Source: the human T2T-CHM13v2.0 reference genome, Homo sapiens. From it: 64,000 nt of DNA. This document shows positions 29,578 to 46,985 of the stretch, one piece after another. How positions within the stretch are numbered: the first letter of the stretch is position 1; each line of letters begins with the position of its first letter. The position numbers and the translations under genes are program-made. The notes under the pieces are model-generated. The model searched no databases, was not told the origin of the DNA, and worked only from the letters and a program-made list of their open reading frames with translations. Location of the stretch: NCBI RefSeq assembly GCF_009914755.1, contig NC_060927.1. The stretch is one strand, 5' to 3'.

Positions 29578-30135
29578 CACGTATTTTATGAAATGAGTCT
29601 TCTGTGCTGGGACTTGCTCATTGCACTCTATGTGTTATCTCACTCCTTACAACGACATTCACATGAGGAAGCAGATTACTTTTTGGATTTTTTTGTAGAG
29701 ATGGGGTGGTCTCGAACTCTTGGGCGCAAGTGATCCTCCCGCCTCAGCCTCCCAAAGTGCTGGGATTATAGGCAAGAGCCACTGCGATGGAAACAGAGGC
29801 TGCTGCTTAAGTTGCCCAAAGTCTTGCAGAGTGGGATGTGAGCAGAGGCATTTGACTCCAGGGCCTAAGTCCTTAACACAGCTCTGCAGCATTTACCCTG
29901 ATACTCAACCCCTTCCTTCCCCAACCCCCCACCATCAGGCATTAAGACTACTGCCTAGGGGCAGGGCCTGGTGGCAGTTGTGTCTTATCCCAGCCACTGC
30001 AGAGGCAGGAGGATCGCATGAGCCTGAGATGAGACCAGCCTGGGTAGCATAGCGAGAACCTTTCTCAAAAAAAAAAAAAAAAAAAAAAAAAAAGACTACT
30101 GCCTGCCATGGAACAAGTTACCTGGACTCCTATCC

Positions 30136-31084
30136 TGTGGGGAAAAGAGAGATCAGATTGTTACTGTGTCTGTGTAGAAAGAAGTAGACATAGGAGACTC
30201 CATTTTGTTCTGTACTGAGAAAAATTCTTCTGCCTTGAGATGCTGTTAATCTGTAACCCCACCCCCAACCCCCTGCTCTCTGAAACATGTGCTGTGTCCA
30301 CTCAGGGTTAAATGGATTAAGGGCGGTGCAAGATGTGCTTTGTTAAACAGATGCTTGAAGGCAGCATGCTCGTTAAGAGTCATCACCACTCCCTAATCTC
30401 AAGTACCGAGGGACACAAACACTGCGGAAGCCCACAGGGACCTCTGCCTAGGAAAGCCAGGTATTGTCCAAGGTTTCTCCCCATGTGATAGTCTGAAATA
30501 TGGCCTCGTGGGAAGGGAAAGACCTGACCGTCCCTCACAGCGTGACACCCGTAAAGGGTCTGTGCTGAGAAGGATTAGTGAAAGAAGAAGGAACGCCTCT
30601 TTGCCGTTGAAACAAGAGGAAGGCATCTGTCTCCTGCCCGTCCCTGGGCAATGGTGTAAAACCCGATTGTATGTTCCATCTACTGAGTTAGGGGAAAACC
30701 GCCTTAGGGCTGGAGGTGGGACATGGGGGCAGCAATACTGCTCTGTAAGGCATTGAGATGTTTATGTGTATGCATATCTAAAGCACAGCACTTAGTTCTT
30801 TACCTTGTCTATGACACAGAGACCTTTGTTCACGTGTTTATCTGCTGACCTTCTCTCCACTATTATCTTATGACCCTGACACATCCCCCTCTCCGAGAAA
30901 CACCCAAGAATGATGAATAAATACTAAGGGAACTCAGAGGCCGGCGGGATCCTCGTCTGCTGAATGCCGGCCCCCTGGGCTCCCTTTTTTCTTTCTCTAT
31001 ACTTTGTGTCTCTTTCTTTTCCAAGTCTCTCCTTCCACCTAACGAGAAACACCCACAGGTGTGGAGGGGCAACCCACCCCTTCA
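30136..31084 (+). mobile_element. Solo HERV-K(HML-2) LTR5 (LTR5B/LTR5_Hs-like)
   Basis: TGTGGGGAAAAG...CCCCTTCA termini, 949 bp, internal AATAAA; 6-bp TSD CTATCC/CTACCC. Confidence 0.93.
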
Positions 31085-31213
31085 CTACCCCTCATTTTAG
31101 AGGGTCAGGGATACAGACAGACTACGATCCAGCCAGTTAGCAGACCTGCGATTAGGAAATCCATTGTATATAGAAATGTCCTGTCATTTGAAGCTCCTAG
31201 CTAAATTTCTGAT

Positions 31214-32318
<1,105 letters not shown>

Positions 32319-33212
32319 GGAGAATGACTCTTAAGGACAAGGTGCAGAAATGGCTGGAGAGTTTCCCACCACCTCTCAGGAACAGGAGTAAAAGAAAGTA
32401 GGGAGAAAATCTCCAGTGCTATTATATATTTCAAACATTACTTGTTTGCATAATAACCAAACACTGAGACAGCAGGCATCAGAGTGCCATGAAGTACAAC
32501 ACAACTCCCACTTCCATGCTTGAAGAGCTTTGTGAGAGCTGTGCCTGTTGAGGCAGGGGACGTGTACTGTGGACTCCAGGAATGACACAATGTTAGCCGG
32601 CAGACACCTCAAAGTTCCTCTGATCCCAACAGACTGGGAAGTGGGGTGGGTGAGTGGAAGGAGCTTTCTCAAGATCACACAGCGAGGAGGTGACAGACCA
32701 AGGGGCCAGAAGTTGGGTCCCCTGGATCTGGGCCACCTGTTCTCTATACTTCGTCTCACTGACTTGCACATATTTCGATAGGCAGATGGGTCTTAGGAAG
32801 CCAGAGGGTTGTCATGACAGCAAGGGTAAGGCATCATGGGAGGTTTGGGAGAGGTCATTGAGGAATGTCACTAGCAGTTCATTGTCTTTTTTCACAACCA
32901 GGTACTATCACATATTTCAAACATCACAGTGGCTGGAAGCAACAGGGCAGGAACAGACAGGTGTCGTCACTTAACCTGGTCTTTGGGGACCTTGACATCA
33001 AGACCGACAGGTCAAATCTTTGGTCTCAGGGAGAAGAGTGCCAGCTCACCCAGAAGGCAGAACAGCTAACAGCCATGCCCAGGAGAGGCAGCAGTGGGAG
33101 TCATGAAGGAGGACGGGGTCCTGTCCCAGCGTCCCAGCCCAGCTACCCAAGTAGAAGGTGGGGCGGCATCTTCTATGGCTGAGTCTTGGGCAGTGGGTGC
33201 TCTGTCATATTG

Positions 33213-34741
33213 TCAGGTTTCTTCCCCCAGCTCCACAATGTGAAGACTGAGGTGGTCCCTCCAAGCCCCACTCAGCAAGGAGGACAGGGCTGGTGGATCC
33301 TCCAGGGTCAGATGGGGAAATAAAAGTGTTTCATTCTTGAAGGGGAAGCTGCACTTCTCCACGGCACGCCTGGTGGTGCCAGGGGTTACCACAAAGAGGC
33401 GGCAGAGCCATGGCCCACCAGCCACTTGGCAGGCTGGTTGTCTAGTGAAGCTTTTCAGGGTTTGGCACAGGGCCCAGTCCTCAGTCCCCCCCATGTCCAC
33501 CACCTCCACTGGTGCCCCCAGGCCTGGGAGGTGTAGGAGGTGCCGGGGGGGCATGTAGGTGTGAGTGAAGAGGAGTGTGTAGTGGGTGGGTGTGCTTGGG
33601 AGCACAGGGGCATGGACCACCTGCTCCAGGTACTCCAGGCCAGGCACCAGGCCCCCCTGATGCAGGCAGCCGAAGAGGAGGGCACCGAGGGCGTTGAAGA
33701 GGACCACAGTGCCCTTCCAAGGCACAGGCTGCGTCTGTGGACTACAAAGCAGGACCAGGGGGACCAGGAGGGGAATCAGGAACCGAGCCTCCTGGTGGCT
33801 AAAGGCAGATAGCAGGGCCAGAGGCATGAAGTAGAGGAGAAGGAGATAGGACCTGGGGCTGGACAGCAGGCTCCGGGCACCCAGTGCCCTCAGGAGGCCC
33901 ATTTGTGCAGAGGCCTGGAGGCCGACTTGCAGCTGTTGCCACGCAGCCTGCAGGGCCTGGGCATGCAGCACCCCGAAGAGCAGGAAGCCGTTGACTGCCA
34001 GGTGAGTGAGCCGCGCGTGCGTGCCATGTCTCGCCAGGTTTTGGGGATTCAGGTTGTAGTGCAGGAAGTTGACAGGTGTCAGGACAAGGTTCCTGGATGT
34101 CGCGGGGCTGGAGAAATACCAGCTGTCCGTGGCCACAAACACCGCTGCTGTGAGGGTCGCCCCAGGGAGCAGCACCAGGGCCTCCCGGGTCAGAGACTTC
34201 AAACCAGGGTTTGTGGCTCCACGAGTGCCCCAGAGGTAGAGGGGGACCACAGCAAAGGCCAGAAAGGTGGGCCGGTTGAAGAAGCCAGCAGCCACAATGC
34301 CTCCAAGAAGCCAGCTGCGCCACCGTGGACCCGGCGCCGGCTCCTTGCGTGTAGGGCCCCACGTTACATGGGAGGATACCAGCACCAGCAGCCACGTGAA
34401 GAGGAGTCCCTCAATGGTGTTGGAGAAGGTCCTTGTGTAGAAGACCAGGGTGACGTAGGAACCAGACAGCAGGGCCAGGGCGTTCCAGCGATCCGCCCCC
34501 ATCGGCGGGGCCAGGTGGTACACGGCCCCGTCCAGAGCAAAGGAAAGGGCAGTGAGGAGGAGTCGAGGCCCCACCAGCAGCGCATAGCCGCTCACCAGGC
34601 CAGGCCACGGCCCCAGCTCCTCCCAGAGCCTGAGCAGCCAGAAGGTGGAACCAGAGATCAGCAGGGGGAAGAGCACCGAGCGGCAGGAGCTGCTGGGGTA
34701 AAACTCCCAGGGCCGCGCGGCCTGAACGCCCAGGATGTCCT
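33213..34741 (-). CDS. PIGZ: PIGZ (GPI mannosyltransferase 4, SMP3 homolog) large terminal coding exon
   Basis: ctgcag|AG GAC ATC...ACC TGA; multi-TM GT22 motifs [16 protein letters not shown] and HQEARF; totals 579 aa with exon 2. Confidence 0.97.
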
Positions 34742-34875
34742 CTGCAGAGAGAGGCAGAGGTGAGCCAGTACCAAGCTCAGGGATGTAGTGGGCAAAATTC
34801 TAGGAGGGCACCCCACATTTCCCACCCCTTGGTGTGTGTGCCCTGCGTAATCCCTGGGACTGTGCACGGGCTGGA

Positions 34876-35279
34876 TTTTTCCTCCCTTCCCTCCCTCTCT
34901 CCCTCCTTCTTTCCCTCCCTTCCCTTCCTTCCTTCCCCTTCCTTCCCTTCCTTCCCTTCCCCTCCCCTCCCTCCCTTCCTTCCCTTCCCCTCCCCTCCCT
35001 TCCCTTCCTTCCCTTCCCCTCCCCTCCCTTCCCTTCCTTCCCTTCCTTCCTTCCCTTCCTTCCCTTCCTTCCCTTCCTTCCCTTTACTTCTCTTCCCCTC
35101 CCCTCCCTTCCCTTCCTTTCCTTTACTTCCCTTCCTTCCCCTCCCCTCCCTTCCTTCCCTTCCTTCCCTTCCCCTCCCCTCCCTTCCTTCCCTTCCCCTC
35201 CCCTCCCTTCCTTCCCTTCCCCTCCCCTCCCTTCCCTTCCTTCCCTTCCCTTCCTTCCCCTTCCTTCCCTTCCTTCGCT
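34876..35279. repeat. ~400-bp polypyrimidine/polypurine low-complexity tract, (CCTT)n/(CCCTT)n
   Basis: Almost exclusively C/T on the plus strand; contiguous with the tail of an antisense Alu remnant (35280-35435). Confidence 0.95.
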
Positions 35280-35439
35280 TCGTTCATCTCTGTCACCCAG
35301 GCTGGAGTGCGGTGGCGAGATCACAGCTGTCGCTATGTTACTCAGGCTGATCTCAGACTCCTGGCTTCAATCCATTCTTCCAGCACAGCCTCCTAATGTG
35401 CTGGGATTACAGGTTTGAGCCACTGCACCTGGCCCGCAG

Positions 35440-35860
35440 GATGGACTGTATCCTGAGATTAGGTTACTTATACAGGAGCACTGACTGTAAAACAGGGAGA
35501 CTATGCAGTGGGCCGGACCTAATCACAACAATCTTTTAATAACAGAGTTTTCACCAGCTGGACGCAGAAGTGGCAGTGAGATTCAAAGCATGAGAAGGAT
35601 TTGACATGCCACTGCTGGCTTCAAGACGGAAGAGGCCATTGGCTAGGAATGTGGGTGGCCTCTGAAAGCTAAGAGCAAGGAAGCCGCACCATAGGTTCCA
35701 CAGCTGAAATGAACTAGATTCTGCTAGAATTAGAGAGCTTCCAGACAAGAACTCAGCCCAGTCCATACGCTGATGTCCACCTTGTGAGCAGAGAGCCCGT
35801 GCTGCCCTTCTGATGGACAGAGCTGTGAACTCACAGACGGGTGCAGTTTGAGCTGCTCGT
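35440..35860. mobile_element. MaLR MLT1-type LTR fragment
   Basis: GAGGCCATTGGCTAGGAATGTGGGTGGCCTCTGAAAGCT resembles the MLT1 core. Confidence 0.55.
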
Positions 35861-36196
35861 AGGATTTTGAGGATTTGTCAGGAGCAGCAGAAGCAAGTGC
35901 AGGGGAGCTCAGAGTGCAGAGGGCAGGAGGGGCTTCCCCGGGAGATGAGGTGGCAGTGTGTCCTGGGAAGAGTGTGTGGGAGGCGGGCAGGTGGGGGAGG
36001 CCTAACCTCTTCTCAGGGTTCCAAGATCTCAAAAGCCAAGGACAAGCACCCTTGTCCTTACACCTGTCAAGCTTGACAGAGCCGCATCTCTGATAATGAT
36101 TGTTATCAGGAGATGGGGGGAGAGAAGAGGGGTAGGTGATGAGCCATCAGGGTTATGTCAGAGGTGATTTATGTTAGTTTTGTTTACAATACTTAA

Positions 36197-37250
<1,054 letters not shown>

Positions 37251-38027
37251 CTCCTTTGACTCTTTTTCTGGGCACTTGGTCAGATATAAAGACTATAATT
37301 TTTAGCTTCCTTTGCAGCTAGGTGTGGCCTCATGATACATTCTGCCCAGTGTGATAGAAATGAGCAAAAAGCATGCGCCCTTCAAAATATGACCTTAAAG
37401 AGAGAAGTAATGCCCTTCTCCTTTGTTGGCTGGAAAGACTGCCTGTAGACTTGATGGCTGGAGCTCAAGCAGCCGTCTTGAACTATGAGGATGACCCCAC
37501 ATGCCCATCACATCTGAAAGGCCTCAAGGCCTTTGGGCGAGACGGTATGGGCCAGGCAACCAGCCTCATGATGTGTCCCACACCGCCTAACAGATGAGTG
37601 AGTGTCCCAGGTCTGGGTTCCCTTACCCCTCTCTTGAATCTACAGAAGAGAAGTTTCATGATCTCAGATCACAGCCCTATGGAAGCTCTTGCCAAACACT
37701 GGGGAAGCCTAACTCTAATAAAAGTGTTCCCATGGGAAGTCCAACACAGCTCTCATTCTGAATGACCTGTATTGTTGGTCCAAGCAGGGATACATCAAAG
37801 AGACTGGTGGTTTATTAGCATTACCCAGAAGGTCAGTGTCACCACTCGGGAAGGAGATATGAAGTCCCCACTTCCAAGTTCTTACCCCAGAGAGAGAGGC
37901 TGCTGCTCTGCTTGTGGATTTACTACTCATCTACCCAGACATGCTACTCCCTCCCCACAAAGTCTCCCGTCAGCTTCTCAAGCAGACTCTGCTGCAGCTT
38001 GTCTCAGCCACACATGCGGAGTTTTAC

Positions 38028-38238
38028 CTGCCATCACCTCAGGGGACTGGAAGAACTCATCTGGGTGCACATAGCCCGTCTGCGGAAGGAGACACCACAG
38101 CACTCGGAGCAGGCTGAGACCACCCCAAAGCACCCTGACTGCCATCTTCAGATCCAGTTGTTGCCAACACACCGGGCCCAAAACCTGGAATGATGTCCCA
38201 GCTGCTACAGATGCTACGCTGGATCCACAGATCTGCAT
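38028..38238 (-). CDS. PIGZ: PIGZ first coding exon (exon 2)
   Basis: caacag|ATG CAG ATC...ATG GCA G|gtaaaa; MQICGSSV...[21 protein letters not shown], with the GT22 luminal HPDEFFQ motif. Confidence 0.95.
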
Positions 38239-38519
38239 CTGTTGAGGATAACAGTTGTTGGTTATCACGATGTAAATTATAATATATTCAACTGTCTGAA
38301 CAAACTGAAAATGGATCTGTCATTTAATAAAAATGACAATAATAATAATAGCTACTTCATACTCTATGCCCACTAACTGCCAGGCACGTGGCATGCATAT
38401 TTCATTTAATCCTTTCCACAGTCTGAGGCAGTGGGTCTTAGGATCCCTGTTGTACAGATGGGGAAACGGAGGCCTCTGCTGAGTAACTTGGTTACTTGCT
38501 GATCATATTTGCTAAGGAG

Positions 38520-39404
38520 TCTGATGGTTCATTTTATGTGTCCACTTGACTGGCCTAAGAGATACCCAGATAGCTGGTAGAACATTATTTCTGGCAGTGT
38601 CTATAAGGGTATTTCAGGGAGAGATTAGCCTTTGTTGTGGTTTTTTTGTTTGTTTGTTTTTTGAGACGAAGTCTTGCTCTGTCACCCAGGCTGGAGTGCG
38701 GTGGCATGATCTGGGCTCACCGCAACCTCCGCCTCCCAGGTTCAAGTGATTCTCCTGCCTCAGCCTCCTGAGAAGCTGGGATTACAGGCACACGCCACTA
38801 CGCCCGGCTAATTTTTGTATTTTTAGTAGAGACGGGGTTTCATCATGTTGGTGAGGCTGGTCTTGAACTCCTGACCTCATGATCCGCCCACTTTGGCCTC
38901 CCAAACTCCTGGGATTACAGGCGTGAGCCACCGTGCCCAGCTAAGATTAGCCTTTGAATTGGTAGACTAAGAAGATCAGCTGCACCAGTGTGGGTGGGCA
39001 TGATCCAACCCATTGAGGGTCTGAATAAAACAGAAAGGTGGAGGAAGGGTGAATTTGCACTCTCTTCAGCTGGGATAGCCATCTTCTCCTGCCTCAGACA
39101 TCGGTGCTCCTGGTTCTTGGGCCTTCAGACTCTATGTCTCACACCAGTGTGCCCCAACCCACCTCCCTGAATCAAGCTCTCAGGCCGTCGGACTAGGACT
39201 GGGAGTTACACTGTAGGCTCCTCTGTTTCTAAGGCTCCCGACTCAGACTGAATTCAACCACCAGCTTTCCTGGTTCTCCAGCTTGCAGGTGTCAGATTGT
39301 GGGACTTCACCAGCCCCCATAATTGCATGAGCTAATTTTCATAGTAAATGATAAAGCCAGTTCCCTATTGTTTCTGTTTCTCTGGAGAATCCTGACTTAT
39401 ACAG
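38520..39404 (+). mobile_element. ERVL MLT2-type LTR interrupted by an antisense Alu (about 38640-38942)
   Basis: TGATGGTTCATTTTATGTGTCCACTTGAC start and CTCTGGAGAATCCTGACTTATACA end; Alu TSD AGATTAGCCTTTG. Confidence 0.75.
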
Positions 39405-39919
39405 GGTCTAAATATGACATTTGCTCAATGTGACATTTGCAAGGAAGATCAGGGTACCCAACAAATCTGGGTCTTGCAGCCCATCCTGATCACCAGCTCC
39501 TATCCACAGGCCAGTATGGCAGGCTGCTTCTTGCATTTCTGAAAACTTGGGAAAGTCAACGGATGCCACCCATTTCCCTGCAAAAATTACACTCAACCCC
39601 ATTGTTTCCAGTCACTCCCTCCAACTTTCACACACCCTGGAACCTGCCTTTTGGAAGGTGATGGGAACATTTGTAACTCTATATGATGAGAATCCTAACT
39701 CCCTCAACTCAAATATAGTATTAACTGCATCTCAGAAGTTTTCTATGTAACTCAAAGAGCAGTGACAATCTGAGCCCATGGCATGCTGGATCTGTAAGTC
39801 CACAGCATCACTGCTGAACAGGAAAGCAAGCTTGACAACCTGCTTGTCCCTCCTCCAGAAATAGTGATGTTGCCCTGACTTCTTGATATTTTAAATTCTG
39901 ACCTTAAATAGTTCTTGCT

Positions 39920-40503
<584 letters not shown>

Positions 40504-41257
40504 AAAGTTTTTTTAAAAAGAAAACGTTGTTAACTATAGTTACCCTACTCTGCTATCAAACATTAGAAATTAAATCTTCTAACTGTAGTTTGTACTGTAG
40601 CTTATATTCTAAACTGATTTTTATTCCTAATATTGGTTTACTTGTGCATTCTTTTTTCTTTCTTTATAATCGTCAGCAGAATTGTGTTGATTTTGCGAAT
40701 TTCTTCAAAACATCAACTTTTGCCCTTGTTTTTAATTTCTTTGCTCATCTTTATTTTTTCTTTCCTTTTACTCTTTTGGGTGATTATTTCATTGTTTTAT
40801 TTCAGATTTTTTGCTATGAGCACAGCTCGTTAATTTGGAGCCTTATTTTCTATGAGAAGTGTTGAAGGCCACACAGTTTTCTCTAAATTAGTATTAACTG
40901 TACACTGCAAGTTTTGCTATGTAATAATTTCATCAACTTTTGGTTCTAAATATTTCTAATTGCCATTGTAATTTCTTCCTCCACAAATGCCTTATGGTTG
41001 AAGGATTTAATTTTTAATGGTCATTTTTGTAGATATTCCATGGATGCTTGAGAACACCATACATTCTATACTTACTGGATATGGAGTTCTATAAGTTGTC
41101 ATTAGATCAAGCTTATTAGTTGTGTTGTTGAAATCTTTTTTTTTTTTTGAGATAGGGTCTCACTGCGTTGCCCAGTCTGGAGTGCAGTGGCACGATCATG
41201 GCTTACTGTAGCCTCGACCTCCTGGGATCAAGCGATCCTCTGACCTCAGCCTCCTGA

Positions 41258-41455
<198 letters not shown>

Positions 41456-41758
41456 TGATTTTTTACTGCTTATTTTATCAATCACAGAAATGTGTGTTGA
41501 ACTAGCTCATGAAATAGTTGACTTGTCTAATTTTCCTTGTAATTCTGTCAATTTTAGTTCATTTTTGAAGCTATATTATTATATTTGTAGAAGTTTATAA
41601 TTGTTATGCCTTATTGGAAAATTGAATATCTTATCATTATATAGTAATCTTTTAATCTCTAGTTCTGTTTTGTCCTAAAATATATTTTTTCTGATATTAC
41701 TGTTGCTATACACACTTTTTGGAAACTTAGTATTTACCTGGTACATCATTTTCCAGCC

Positions 41759-41791
<33 letters not shown>

Positions 41792-42409
41792 GAGATAGTC
41801 TCGCTCTGCTGCCCAGGCTGGAGTGCAGTGGCATGATCTTGGCTCACTGCAACCTCTGCCCCTCCTGGGTTCAAGCGATTCTCCTGCCTCAGCCTCCCGA
41901 GTAGCTGGGACTATAGGTGCGCACCACCACGGCTGCCTAATTTTTGTATTTTTAGTAGAGACGGGGTTTTGCCGTGTTGGCCATGCTGGTCTCGAACTCC
42001 TGACCTCAGGTGATCTGCCCACCTCAGCCTCCCAAGATGCTGGGATTACAGATGTCAGCCACTGCGCCCGGCCAATTTAGGGTTATTATTGATACATTTA
42101 TTTATACCATCTTATTTTGTGTTTTCTTGTCTTGTTTTTTCAATTTTTTTTGTCCTTTCTTGCCTTCTTTTGAATTAGTTTTTTTTCTCTTTTCTCTAAC
42201 AGTTTGGAAGTTACATATACTCAGTTTCCAATATGCTATAAAATACCATATATTATTTAATATTTTAATATTTAGTATACTATGTTATGTGTCTTCACTA
42301 TGATTATTCTGGGTGCACATTTCTTTTTATTTATTATAGTCGAAAGTTTTTTGGCTTCTCGAACCTGTGGATTAGGACCCTTTGTCATTTATAGAAAGTA
42401 ATCCTTCAT

Positions 42410-42792
42410 TAGACTATATGCTGCTGATAAAGACATACCCGAAACTGGGTAATTTATAAAGGAAAAGAGGTTTAATGGACTCACAGTTCCACATGGCTGG
42501 GGAGGCCTCACAATCATGGTGGAAGGCAAAGGCATGTCTTACATGGCAGCAGGCAAAAAGCGAATGAGAAGCAAACGAATGAGAAGCAAGCGAATGAGAC
42601 GCAAGCAAAGGGGGTTTCCCCTTATAAAACCATCAGATCTCGTGAGACCTATTCACTACCACAAGAACAGTATGAGGGAAACCACCCCCATAATTCAATT
42701 ATCTCCCACCAGGTCCCTCCCACAGCATGTGGGAATTATGGGAGCTATAATTCAAGATGAGATTTGAGTGAAGACACAGCCAAACCATATCA
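42410..42792. mobile_element. MaLR THE1/MST LTR
   Basis: GCTGCTGATAAAGACATACCCGAAACTGGG...AATTCAAGATGAGATTTGAGTG...CCAAACCATATCA; contains a 15-bp unit repeated 3 times at about 42556-42608. Confidence 0.85.
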
Positions 42793-43363
42793 CAGACCTT
42801 CTCAGTCTATCTTCCATGTCTCTTTAAGTTCTATTTCATATTTTCCATATCTTTAGCTCTCTTGGCTATATGTCGGGTAAGTTCTGTTCTATCTTCCATG
42901 TCTCTAATCATCCTTTCAGCTGTATCTAGATGTTAAACCTGTCTATGGAGTTTTAAATTTCAGTTGTTATATTTTTCATTTCTACAGGTTGTTTGATTTT
43001 TTTCCACATCTGCTTGCTCTTTTGTGATATTTTCAAGACTCTCTTTTATTTATTAAATGATATCAAACATACTTGTTGGATATACTAGGTTTGATAACTC
43101 TAGCATCTAAAGTCTGGATCTGAATCTGCTGTCTTGTTTCTGCTGGATCTCACTCATAGTGCCCTGTTTATTTGTATAGTTAGTGAATTATTTTATTTAG
43201 TGAATTATCTCATTTTCTTTGGAATATTACTGTGGGAATTCTTTGAGGTCAGGGATGAGGCAAATTTCTTAGTTCCTCTTGAAGGGATTTACACTTGCTT
43301 CTCTCAGGTAACTGTGGGCATTACAAGCCTAGGACCATTTCTAATCAAATTTTTGGCTCCAGG

Positions 43364-43366
<3 letters not shown>

Positions 43367-43400
<34 letters not shown>
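43367..43400. repeat. (TG)n microsatellite
   Basis: About 14 TG units. Confidence 0.95.
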
Positions 43401-43401
<1 letters not shown>

Positions 43402-43562
43402 TTATCTTTTAGGAAGGGGGATAGTGCCTGGTCATGTAAATTCATGAGGGCAGGCTCATGATTACAAATTCTGAAGGGAGATGGCCCACCCCCAGCTCAA
43501 TTTGATTAGCATCAGGATCCAACAAGGGCAGTTTTCCTTTCAGTCCTGTAGGGATGGAATAA

Positions 43563-43810
<248 letters not shown>

Positions 43811-44015
43811 TGATCCGCCGGCCTCAGCCTCCCAAAGTGCTGGGATTACAGGCGTGAGCCACTGTGCCCGGCCAAATTTATTTCTTAGGCCACCTTTATA
43901 TTAGAACGTGGCCCTCCAGAGTCACAGTTTTGCGGGGAGTCTCCTGTTAGGCTTCCCTCCGGGTGGGCAGTAAGCTTTATCTTCTGTCCTGCTAGTCCCG
44001 AGAAGCTACCAAGTC

Positions 44016-46118
<2,103 letters not shown>

Positions 46119-46582
46119 AATCTAGAAAGCAGATGTGAGACAGGCCATATTTTTTGCAGTTTTCTTTGTTTTCTCCTGGGAAACAAGATCATTGAAGACA
46201 TGGGATGTTCGTGCATCAGCTTTCCACTATCCAGTCCCCGCTTTGTGGGAATGGAGGACACAGTTGCAGTTATGGTGGCCACAGTACTGTGTTACAAAAC
46301 CCAGCTAAGTTCTACAGGTGGCTTTACAGTAGCCTGACTGTTACAGGAGTGGTCGCTCCTTTATGGAGTTACTTCTGGGTGTTCAGAGAGATTTTCCTGG
46401 AGGCCCAAATAGAGGTCATTTTTCAGTGTACCGAATGATTTTTACTACCTATTTGCCTGTATCAAATTCCTTTTCTGCTGGCTTCTATTTCTTGTACTGA
46501 ACCTTCACCATTTGGTATCAGAAGTGGCTGTAGCCAATAGGCCCTTAAGGATGACAATATTCATTTGCTAAAAGAAAATAAC

Positions 46583-46930
46583 GGCTGGGAGCGGTGGCTC
46601 ACACTTTTAATCCCAGCATTTTGGGAGGCCGAGGCGGGTGGATCACCTGAGGTCAAGAGTTTGAGACCAGCCTGGCCAACATGGTGAAACCCTGTCTCTA
46701 CTAAAATGACAAAAATTAGCTGGGCGTGGTGGTGTGCACCTGTAATCCCAGCTACTCAGGAGGCTGAGGCAGAATTGCTTGAACCTGGGAGACAGAGGTT
46801 GCAGTGAGCCGAGATTGCATGACTGCACTCCATCCTGGGCGATAGAGCAAGAACCTGTCTCAAAAAAAAAGAAAAAAGATGAAAGAAAGAAAGAAGAAAG
46901 GAAGGAAGGAAAGAAAGAAAAGAAAGAAAG

Positions 46931-46977
<47 letters not shown>

Positions 46978-46985
46978 AAAGAAAA
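46583..46985 (+). mobile_element. Alu with expanded (GAAA)n tail (46862-46985)
   Basis: Full dimer followed by a purine-rich GAAA/GGAA microsatellite. Confidence 0.93.

Noticed and set aside
33903-34763. 286-aa plus-strand ORF antisense to PIGZ exon 3
   Set aside because: Shadow ORF of a GC-rich coding exon; non-ATG start and no recognisable domain.
34760-35418. Long Pro/Ser/Phe and Gly/Arg/Glu ORFs
   Set aside because: Translations of the CT/GA low-complexity tract.
38239-38250. TCCTCAAC before the PIGZ exon-2 acceptor, resembling a U12 branch site
   Set aside because: It directly abuts the AG, and the matching donor is U2-type GTGAGT.
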